From positions 12,385,786 to 12,449,785 of the forward strand of contig JARDVH010000128.1 in assembly GCA_030324005.1 (NCBI GenBank): a stretch of 64,000 nt of DNA, written 5' to 3'. Below the pieces are notes generated by a model that was not told the origin of the DNA, did no database searches, and worked only from the letters and a program-made list of their open reading frames with translations. This DNA comes from Negaprion brevirostris (taxonomy: Eukaryota). Shown here one piece after another: positions 50,251-61,019 of this stretch (the first letter of the stretch is position 1; every line of letters starts with the position of its first letter). Both the position numbers and the translations under genes were made by a program.

Positions 50251-52362
50251 TGTGAGTTATTTGACATCTTATGATCCCACCTCTCCTGCACCACCTCTGC
50301 CTTTGAGCCTGTGTAGCTGTGCAAGAGATGATTTGTTTTTATGCCACTGGGTGTTAAAGTCAATGCATTTGTCTCTATGGTGCTTCTAACCTGTGTGAGA
50401 TGGGTTCAATATGTAGCAGGAAAGAGCTGTCATTTGTTCTGATCCTTGTGATTATGTAAAGCAACAAGAATCTTTCTTGCTAAAGAAAATATTGCTGTTT
50501 GTCTAGGCCTTTATTGCAGTTCAGTATCCCACAAGTACTACCTGTAATATTTATCAGTCTGAATATGTAGTGAAAAAATATTAAAAAACACATGTTTTTG
50601 TTATAGTTTCTGGTCACAATTTTTTCATCTTTTCCTTCTCCCCTAAAGAGGTTGACTCATTGTTGTTCAGTGGACAACAGGTATCTGTCCTATGGTGTCA
50701 TTTCCCAGTCCTTATTAGTCATGCGTTAACTTTGACAGCAAGTGGTGGCAAGATATTCCATCAGTGTTTCTGGTTTCCAAGTCATTAATGAACACAATCA
50801 TTGGAAATGCTACATCTTCTGACCGCAGGTAGCCTGACTGATCTTCTGCCTGTCATTCCATCAGGGCTTTTGGGATCAGAAAACAAATTTATAAATATGC
50901 ATCGTTCTCTTTCCAGCCACTCCAAAAGAAGCATTTGCCAAAATATTTTGATAACTTAATTAAGTGAGCTGTCAAACAATATCACTGGCGCTTGTACACT
51001 GCTTGACTTTGCTGCCTCAGGGCAAATCTAATGAGTTCTGTTGGAAATGTGGAGATTAATATATGATCCTGATGGCTGTGATCGGGTTGTAAAAGAGTGA
51101 GCCAATTGAAAGCTTTGGATGACCTCATTAACTGAGAGCAAAGTTCGAGTTGACTCTCAAAGCCCTAAGATTGTACTCACCCTCTAACAGTTTTTATTTT
51201 ATATTATTAGTGAATCCCGTTTTGCTTGAATGGTGGTCATGACTTTTTTTGATCTTATCAATTAGGTCTACCAGACTTTATAGAAAATCAGTGGGCCTAA
51301 TTTAATGTAGATGACAGGCTCTCGCCCGCTGGCTGGAGATCTGGCAATAACTCATGTCGTCTCATTTCGGGAAGGCCCATTGCATGAAATGCAATTCAGG
51401 CACGTAATTGGGCAGCAGCGGGCCTCCCCCTGGCTCTAGCATCTTGCCTGCTGAGAGGTGCCAACCAGTCAGAGGCTGGCACCTCTTCATTGCTCAGCAA
51501 TGCCACCAGGGAGGAGTTAGCTGCTGCCAGTAATGTTCCCCCACCTGAGGTCCAGGATTGCTGAGGGAGCCAACCACAAGTGAGTGAGTGGTGGCAAAAG
51601 GGGGATCGTGGGTAAAGTTCATGGATGACAAGGAGAGCGTCGGCAGCAAGGTCAGGGGGGTGGCTCTCAGTGGGCCCAGTTAAGTAATCCCATCTCCAAA
51701 CTCACCATGAGAGGGATATTAAATTCTGTCCAGTTTGTTTTACAAATTTGCTCTTTTGGTTGAATTACAAAAAGGATTCAGACTATGAGGATTTTCTTTC
51801 CTTCAATATGTTCTTTGTCACTCCAGTTCAGACAGGAAAGAAATGTTTGGTTTGAGCACCATAGGTATGAGTGTGAAATTGGCTGAGCACTCATCCAATG
51901 ATGCTATCAGGAGGCCCAAGCCACTTTCAGGCTCAGGCCTCATGAACACTTCGATGATGAGTTGTGAAGGACAAATAGGCAACCTATTATAGCTCACCTG
52001 TTCCGTAGGGAGAAACATCAACCAGTTACCCCATGAGACAGTCAACAGGTAAGTCTTGTCTCGGGATGGATGTGGGAGGCAGTTGGCATAAATACCAAGA
52101 GGGGACACCTCCTGGCTTTCTTCTTTGGCTTGCTAATTGAGTCTCACAGAGCCTGGAGAATTGGTGACTTTGACCCTCACAGTGATAACTGGACATGACT
52201 GACTTTGCAGTGATGTTGTGATGGTAATTGTGCTGTTCCATATGTTAATAACTATGATAGTGATTATGTAGATGAGTGCCAGGTACAAAGTGACGATAGC
52301 ACTTCTGGTTCTTTGTTTTGCCCTGTTTCTTCAGCCGTTACTTGTTATTTTGTTTTTGACAG

Positions 52363-52430
52363 TATTACAGAGGAGGACAATGATAGCATCTGCTGTTACA
52401 CCTTTGATGCCATGCAGCTGGAAACAGATG
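52363..52430 (+). CDS. CARD11: CARD11 coding exon (approx. exon 14): (S)ITEEDNDSICCYTFDAMQLETD
   Basis: tgtttttgacag acceptor, ATG|gtaaat donor, 68 nt, phase 2-1; EEDNDS...FDA motif of CARD11. Confidence 0.9.
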
Positions 52431-52599
52431 GTAAATTTGTATTTTGACTAATTTTCTGATTAGTGAAGCGCAGACTAATAGCACCAAGCATTGATAATAC
52501 ATTCATGTAATTCAATTTGGAGTCAGAGAGGGAGGGATACACGATCCGTTAGTTCAGGGTGACTCGGGGTGGGTAGAAGTTATATTGGATATGTGCAAA

Positions 52600-53235
52600 C
52601 AAACATACGAATTAATTGCAGGAGTAGACATTCAGCCCCTTGAGCCTTCTCTGCCATTTGATAAGATCACAACTGAGCTCATTTTCAATTATATAATGTT
52701 CTGAATAGACCTCATGTTGAATATTACATTCAGTTCTGGGCATACAGCTCAGAAGCAGCTTGGAGAAAGTGCAGCTCAGATTTACCACAGAGATACCTGG
52801 ATAAAACAGTTGAATTATGAGAACAAGTCATTTGGACAAGGCTTGCATTTCTTTGAAAAGGAGAATTATTCTTTTGATTGAAGAATAAAGCTGCTCTGAT
52901 TGAAGTATTTAAGATGATTAAAGCAATTGATAGAGAAGATTGAAAGTGTTCCTGTAGTGGAGGAGTTCAGAAACAGGGGCGGAACCTTAAAATTAGAGCT
53001 AGACTTTTCCAAAATGATGTCAGGATGCACTTATTGACACAAACATTCATGGAAATCGCCCCCAAAAAGCTTTGATGTTGGGCCCATGGACAAATTCACA
53101 ACTGAAATTGATAGATTTTCATGAGGCAAGATTATTGAAGGTTGTGGAACAAAGCCAGGTGGATACAGTTGACATTTCAATCACCCCATTTGAATGGCAC
53201 AACAGACTTTTAGGGCTGAATAGCCTCCAGTTCCA
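52600..53235. mobile_element. Old CR1 3' fragments (minus tail 52600-52680, plus body 52690-53235)
   Basis: ggagtagacattcagccccttgagcc tail; decayed RPH.EY..QFW...LEKVQ.RFT coding remnants. Confidence 0.6.
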
Positions 53236-53304
53236 ATGTTTCTTGTCTGCGCTCAGCTCAGTAATATTGACAAACTTCTAATTAGTCTTATTTTGTGAAT
53301 GCAG

Positions 53305-53437
53305 ATGAATATCAGGACAGAATCTCTCATGGACCACCTTCCATCCATTCATCATCATCATCACATCAATCTGAAGCTTTAGATTCATGTGAATTGGACC
53401 ATATGAACTCCATATTTAGAAAGTTTTCCTTGGAAAG
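53305..53437 (+). CDS. CARD11: CARD11 coding exon (approx. exon 15): (D)[43 protein letters not shown]
   Basis: gaatgcag acceptor, AAG|gtatgg donor, 133 nt, phase 1-2; diagnostic [12 protein letters not shown] and FRKFSLE motifs. Confidence 0.95.
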
Positions 53438-54461
53438 GTATGGGTGAATAAGTAAAGTTTTAATAATTATTCTGAGCACAGCTACTCAATGTGGCAATAC
53501 TTTGCTTTGAATATAGACATTTTTTGTTAAATTCACTGGGAATAATTTTGGCTTTGTGGGGTAGTGTGAAACTAAAGCAAACTGACAGACCATTTATCAT
53601 CATTCTTTGTTTTTATCTCCATTGAAGTTGAAATAAAAATGACGAGAAATGGAAGAAAGGCTGCTAACTTGCTCTCACCTGTTCTATGCTGTCACACAAA
53701 GTCAAGCTCTATTCCAGTGTAACTGAGACTGAAAATTGTGTGTGAGAAATACCACTGTAATGTAGCATTGATTTTCTTTCTGTTAGTTTGACTCGTGCCA
53801 GGATTTTATGGGGCCCAGTGAAGAGTGCTGCAACGTGGAGAGGGGAGTGAAAAATCACATCTGATGGCATGGGGTGGCTGGCATTTTATGAGCAGTAGGG
53901 AAGGAGGCAGACAGCCCCCCTACCCTGAGATCAAGTGAAGCCAGTTAAAGGCTACTAAAGATTCTCTTCCCTCTGCTGCTGATATTCTACATCCAGCCGG
54001 GGTGGGATAGACCTTTATTATGTAAGGAGATTGTCAGATAAACCCTGATGGTCCCCNNNNNNNNNNNNNNNNNNNNNNNNNNNNNNNNNNNNNNNNNNNN
54101 NNNNNNNNNNNNNNNNNNNNNNNNNNNNNNNNNNNNNNNNNNNNNNNNNNNNNNNNNNNNNNNNNNNNNNNNNNNNNNNNNNNNNNNNNNNNNNNNNNNN
54201 NNCTGGTCAATCCTCTATTCTTGCTGGTCTTACCACTTTGCTGTTCCAGTAGTGAATACCGCTCCCAGTGGCCAATATGGAGCTGCTGACTATCTGATCA
54301 GCTGACATCTCTTAGAGTGGAATCTCATTCCTTAAAGGGACGCATGGCCTGAGAGTAGGCAGGTATTGGTGGTCCCATAACCAACCACGGCAGAGTTGGC
54401 CCTGACTTTCTACCTGGTGGACAGGCCATTGCAACCCCATAAGATCTGGTGTGGGAATGTT

Positions 54462-54689
54462 GATGTGGAGATGCTGGTGTTGGACTGGGGTAAACACAGT
54501 AAGAAATCTCTCAACACCAAGTTAAAGTCTAACCAGTTTATTTGATCGTAAACCCACAAGCTTTCAGAAACGCTGTTCCTTCATCAGGTGTATGGAAGGT
54601 TCTCCTGACGAAGGAACAGCGTTTCCGAAAGCTTGTGGGTTTACTATCAAATAAATTGGTTGGACTTTAACGTGGTGTTGTGAGACTTC
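54462..54689. mobile_element. Palindromic Penelope-like short element with two hammerhead-like motifs and a 15-bp TSD
   Basis: Inverted arms of about 85 bp (54503-54588 / 54604-54689); gtgtgggaatgttga at 54449-54463 and 54693-54707. Confidence 0.78.
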
Positions 54690-55376
54690 ATAGTGTGGGA
54701 ATGTTGAACATTGGAGTAGCCACTGAATGAATAATGCATTGTTACATGTGCCACCCTTTGAATGAAGCAGTAAACTGTTAGTCAAGTGCTAAGGATCCCA
54801 AGAAATGTGCAGAGAGAAAATCAGAGGAGTTGTTAAATGAATCGTCATCACCTACCTATTACCCAATGTTCAAAGTTCAAAATTCATCCCCATGAATTTT
54901 AATGGGAGACAGTGATAGAGATTGCATCTTTGATAATAAACTCTTATCACAAACTCCTATTAGTTTACAGCATCACAGATAATGATCTGTGAGAACTACC
55001 CATCTTTTTGTCAGCATTTTGAATCATAGAATGATTATAGCATGAAATGAGGCCCCATGCATTCCCTGTACCCTGCAATTTTTTTCTATTCATGGGGTTG
55101 TCCAAATTCCTTTTGCCCCAACGACACTGTCAGGCAGTGTGTTCCATATACTGACCCCTCGCTCCCTAAACAGGATTTTCGTCCTGTTCTGTTGGTTTTT
55201 TTTGTCCAACACATTAAGTCAGTGTCCTCAGGTTTTCGATCCTTTTGCCAGCAGGAATGGTTTCTTTCTAGCTATCCTGTCTTCACTTGTCATAATTATG
55301 TCCACCTCTATCCACCCCTCTGATGAATACAAATGATTAGTGCCCTTGATTATTTTTCTTCTATGTATCCCTGTAG

Positions 55377-55578
55377 ACCCTTTCGTCCTTCTCTAAGCTC
55401 CGCCACCCAGATCAGTAATCCTTTGAAACATATGATGCATGCAACACTCAATGGTGACAACCTGGTGACCGAAATCTCCATTGTTGGTGGAAATGAGAGA
55501 GGCCTTTTCATTCGAACAGTACAGCTGGGTTCTGCTGCAGAGAAGGCAGGGCTGAAGGAAGGACACCAACTGATTTTG
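55377..55578 (+). CDS. CARD11: CARD11 coding exon (approx. exon 16), linker end and PDZ start: (R)PFRPSLSSATQISNPLKHMMHATLNGDNLVTEISIVGGNERGLFIRTVQLGSAAEKAGLKEGHQLIL
   Basis: atccctgtag acceptor, TTG|gtaaga donor, 202 nt, phase 2-0; inside ORF 55333..55644; PDZ signature GGN.RG.F...V..GS.AEKAGL.EGHQL. Confidence 0.96.
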
Positions 55579-56984
55579 GTAAGAATCATTGTGCAGTACC
55601 ACGAGGAAATGGCAAGGTTTGAGAAATGTTGTTGCACTGGCTGATGCAGGAAAAAAGGAAATTGATATAAATGCTAATTCACACCAGTGTTAGCATTGAG
55701 AACATTGATTGTGTCCATCTAAAATGGAAAATGAGAATGCATTTTGAAAACTACACAGATAATCAAGTGTCTGCCTGATTGAAAAGCCAAGAAGCAATCT
55801 GAGATCTCTGACAAAGTGTAAGTGGTTATTCTCATTGCTGTTGCATCCTTATTGATAGGTACATGATTGTGTGGGATTGATTGTAAACTGTCTGGTAACA
55901 GATACAAGTCACCAGCCATTTTACAAGCAAATGTAAATTGAAATAAATTATTTATATTACCACGAAGCAAACACCAAGACCTGTACGATGAAGGTCAAAA
56001 GTTTTTTAACCAGGCATGTTTCAAAAGTTGAAATGAGCTTAAATTATCAGGCACTGCTGCCTAAAACTCTATCTACATACTCTGTTTGGACACTCAAGTG
56101 CCAGCTTGGCTTGGTGGTTTGCACATGTGCCTTTGAGTCAGAATGTTGGTCATTCAAGAACTTGACTATTCTAGGCTCACAGCAACGCTAGGGGAATGCC
56201 ACATTACAAGAGGAGCCATCTTTTGTATGTGAGGCTGCATCAGTCTCTCGCTTATCTTAAAAGAACAAGGGGATCTCAGAGCTACCTGGTCAATATTTAT
56301 CCCTCAAACAACAGATTCTCAGCACTCCGTTTGTGCTGTACACAATAGATTATCACATTTGCCTGCCTAACAACAGTGACAATGTTGCAAAAGCGTTCGA
56401 AGTATTTGAGATGCCTTGGGACATTTTGAGGACATGAAAGATGCTAAGCAAATCTTCACAGAATGATAGTCCTGTATACTTGCAAGCCTCATCAAAAAGT
56501 ACATTGAATTTTGACATTAGTTTTGTTTTCTATGCTGGGCCTTGGACAATTATTATTTATTCATCATGGCAAAAGAAATGGGGAAATGAGGAGGATATCT
56601 TTTATGCAGCAATGTGTTATGATCTGGAACACATGGCTAGAATGGATGAAAGCAGATTCAACTTTAATTTTCAGAATGGAATTGAATATATTCTTGAAAA
56701 GGAGAAACTTGTCAGGCTATTGACAAAGATCAGGGGAATAGGGGCAAATAGATAGTTCTTTCAAAGAGCTAACTAAGACATAATCGGGTGAATGGCCTCC
56801 TGCTTTGTCCTCCAAATGCATTGAAAAATGGGACTGTGAAATGTCTTGGAGCAAGGTTTTCCAGCCTGCCCTGCCACAGGATCATCCAGTCCTACCTAAA
56901 GTCAATGGACTTTTAGCTGGGCAGCCAAATCGCACACAGCAGGTCCCACCACTAGAGGGCCAGAAGATCCTGCCCTGAGTTTTA

Positions 56985-57275
56985 GTTAAAGATTATTTAT
57001 TAGTGTCACAGGCTAACATTAACACTGCAATGAAGTAACTGTGAAAATCCCCTAGTTGCCACAGTCCGGCACCTGTTTGTATACACTGAGGGAGAATTTA
57101 GCATGGCTATTACACCTAACTAGCACATCTTTTGGACTATAGGAGGAAGCCTGAGCACCTGGAGGAAAGCCACACACACACANNNNNNNNNNNNNNNNNN
57201 NNNNNNNNNNNNNNNNNNNNNNNNNNNNNNNNNNNNNNNNNNNNNNNNNNNNAGGCAGCAGCACTAACCACTGTA
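56985..57275 (-). mobile_element. HE1-like V-SINE with tail B; another minus tail-B fragment at 61690-61815
   Basis: Reverse of tail B (cattaacactgcaatgaagtaactgtgaaaatcccctagttgccaca) and of the head (aggcagcagcactaaccactgt). Confidence 0.85.
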
Positions 57276-58560
57276 CTACTGTTGATGAAATAGCTAATCT
57301 AGTCTTTTTCAACAATTTATCTTTTGCTGTTTGTTGAATGGAAATATATAAGATGGGATGAACCAAGTGACTGCTCCAGTGGTTAGCACTGCTGCCTCAC
57401 AGTGCCAAACACCCAGGTTTGATTCTGGCCTTGGGTGATTGTCTGTGTGGAGCTTGCACATGACAGCTTCTCAATCACTCCATGTGGTGGCAAGTTCCAC
57501 ATTGTAACCACTGTCTGGAGAAAGAAATTTACCCTGAAGTTTTTACTAGAATTGTTAATGACTCTTTAATCTTTATCACTCCTAGTTATGGACTGCACAC
57601 CTCTATAAAGTAGATAAATTTAATCTGTTTATTCACTTTCCACCTCCTAAGGTTGAGGCTGTATCGTTGTAGAGTTTGTGATTAGGTCAAACATGCCAAT
57701 CGCGTGCAGTTCAACTGTGCCCTTAAAATTCTGAATATGCTAATTAGATTTCTAATTTCCTTCCTTCAGTGTAAACATTTGTATTTCAGAAAGGGTGTTA
57801 TACAATATAAATAACTATCTGCAGTTCACTATAGAATTATTAATTAGAAGAGAATTAACCTTTACAAAAGACCTTAAATCACTCAGGAATTTATAAAGCA
57901 GCCTTAATTAATCTTGAATGACAGGCTTTAAGATAGGGAAGTTGCTATATGTTTTTTTGTATTCTGGGGCTGAAATCTTATTTGTGGAATTAAAATTCCA
58001 TTCCCAGGCAGTCCTACCAGACAACTTGCTAGTCTTGGGAAAAGGCCCCTTGAGACATTAAGGCAATTGTACCTTAATATTTATTGCCATAGCAACAGTA
58101 GATCATATTGTCCTTGCAGATACCATGGGTTTTTTTACAGAAGATAAACTAATGTTGCCAGTTCTTCTTAAGGTTAGAGTTGAAAATTAGTTATGGCTCA
58201 TTTTTGAGTGTGATCATTTCACATCTGTTGCTTTTGAAGTAGACAACACACAAGTTTAATCTTCTCACAATATCACGATACTGTGAGTGAAGGTATTGCT
58301 CGCTGCCTGCATGCTCAGCACGGGGCCAAACAGCATGCACTGCTGGCACATCTTCTGGAAGGGCTGCTTCTGGCAGCCTGTACTGATGATGTGGAGATGC
58401 CAATGTTGGACTGCGGTAAGCACAGTAAGAAGTCTCATAATACCAGGTTAAAGTCCAGCANNNNNNNNNNNNNNNNNNNNNNNNNNNNNNNNNNNNNNNN
58501 NNNNNNNNNNNNNNNNNNNNNNNNNNNNNNNNNNNNNNNNNNNNNNNNNNNNNNNNNNNN

Positions 58561-59245
58561 GTTTGCACATTCTCCCCTTGTCTGCATGGGTTTCGTCCAG
58601 GTGCTCCAGTTTCCTCCCACAGTCTAAAGATGTATGGGTTAGGTTGATCGGCCATGCTAAATTGCCCCATAGTGTCAGGGGGATTAGCTGGGTAAATATG
58701 TGGGGTTATGAGGATAGGGCCTGGGTGGGATTGTGGTCAGTGCAGATTTGATGGGCCAAATGGCGTCCTACTGCACTGTAGGAATTCTTTGAGACATCTC
58801 CTGCCCACCATTCCACCAGCCTTGCGTGGTGCTCAATAACCCCATCACCCCAAGGAAATCTGTCTGTATCTGGTAGGGGAAATTTGGTATGTCTGCGATG
58901 ACTTTCACCAATTTTAGGGTGGCACAGTGGTTAGCAGTGCTGCCTCACAGCTCCAGAGACCTGGGTTCAATTCCCGGCCTCGGGTCACTGTGTGGAGTTT
59001 GCACATTCTCCCCATGTCTGCATAGGTTTCTTCCAGGCATTTCGGTTTCCTCCCACAGTCCAAAGCTGTGCAAATAAGGTGGACTGGCCATGCTAAATTG
59101 CTTCTTAGTGTCACAGGATGTGTATGTTAGAGAGATTAGCAAGGTAAATATGTGGGGTTTCGCGGATAGGGCCTGGGTAGGATTGTTATTGGTGCAGACT
59201 CGATGGGCCGAATGGCCTCCTTCTGCACTGTAGGGGTTCTATGAT
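58561..59245 (+). mobile_element. Two HE1-like V-SINEs with tail A (58561-58790 and 58917-59245)
   Basis: V-domain and tail A in both; the second is full length. Confidence 0.9.
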
Positions 59246-61019
59246 CACTAACCCAGCAGCAATTCCTGGCATTCAGGTTCACTCCTAACACCCACATACA
59301 CTTACTCACCTCTCGCATGTCCAAATAGCCTCATACCCAGTTCTCACAGACCTCCAAAGAACAAAGAACAACACAGCAGGGGAAACAGGCCCTTCGGCCC
59401 AACGAGCCTGCACCGCCATCTTAACAATGTATTTTTCCTACACCACCCTTGACCCGTGTCTATGCTTACGGGGATATGCCAGGCCATGAGGTTACAGATT
59501 GTGGTTGAGTACAATTCTGTTGCTGCTGATGAGGACCTCATGTGGACCTCAGCACTTCATGGATGCCCAGTTTTGCTGGATCCGTTCAAAATCTATCCCA
59601 TTTAGCATGGTGGTAGCGCCACACAATACAGTGGAGGATATGTTCAATGTGAAGACAGGAGTTTGTCTCCACAACGACTGTGCAGTGGTCACTCTTACTG
59701 ATACTAATGATATTCTTATGGACAGACGCATTTGCAGCAGGCAGGTTGGTGAGAATGAGGTCAAGCATATTTGTCCCTCTTCTTGGTTCCCTCACTACCT
59801 GCAACAGAGCCAACCTAACAACCACGTCCTTTAGGTTTCAGCTAACTCAATTTTGTGGTGGTTCTTCCGAGCCACTCTTGATGACGGACATTGATACGAG
59901 AACCGACAATGGTTTCATCATTGACTTTTAATTCCAGATAGTAATTGAATTCAAGTTCCACCCTCCACCATGGTGGAATTTGAACCACAGTCCCCAGAGC
60001 ATTTCCCTGGGGCAATTTTTACCTTTGGATTACAAGTGCAGTGACAGAACCATTAAGACTCTCCCGAGACCCTGTAATGGTTCTGTTTTATTGAACAGTC
60101 TCAACATTGCCAATCTGGCCTCATAACTGAAATTTCTCATGCCTGGAAGCACTGTTATAAACCTCTTCCGCACTCTCTCCAATGTGTTCACATTCATCCT
60201 ATAGTGTGACACCCAGCACTGTACACAATATACAGCTGAGTGGCTGAGATCTAATTATTGCTATAACTGCAATCTCCAAAACTACCAAAGGCCATCACAA
60301 CAGAATCAATGTAGGCCCTGTCCTGTGGACCTCTTTTAGTAAAGTCATGTAATGCAATTCTGGAGTTAACAATTGTTCTGTCAATGACATGGCTTCAGTG
60401 GAATCCCTTTCCCAACACCAGTGTGTACTGATTTTTATTCTGTAAATTTGCTTGAGCAGGTTATTTCTTATGTTAACATGTGGGGGTGGAGGTGGATTTG
60501 ATAAGACACGGGTCAGGTAGGAGGCTCTGGTTCGGAGGCAGACTGCATTAATCTAGCACCTACAACATCAGTAAGTGTACCAAGGCGCTTCACTGATAAA
60601 CACTGACAACAAGCTCACAGGAGGAGACAGAAAGGGCTAGAGTTTGGGCTCCAGCTAGGGCCAAAATGGAAGGTAGCTGGAAGCTAAGAACAGCTGTGTC
60701 AGCTGGAGTGGTTTGACAACTCCATCCTGCCTCCAGACCATGTTCGTGGAAGGGAGTTTGGCAGCCAGCAGGGCCACCTGACTGCAACAATTGGACACAT
60801 TAAAGACCACTGGACCAATTAAAGGAGGCTTTCCAGTCTGGTTTCTGCATGTGGTAGGGGCTGGTTTAGGTCCCTGAAGATGGCGTCCCAGCAGAATTAG
60901 GCCAGAGGGCCAGTGTTTCAATCAGCCCTAGAGGCACTCGCTGAGGTGCAGGAGCAGCCAGAGGTCACTCTCCTCCCTCTCACCCCGCAGAGTGGGGGTC
61001 TGGAGAGAGTAGAGATTGG

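Noticed and set aside
58917-58985. tRNA gene-like sequences (here and in other SINE heads)
   Set aside because: They continue directly into the SINE V-domain; these are SINE heads, not tRNA genes.
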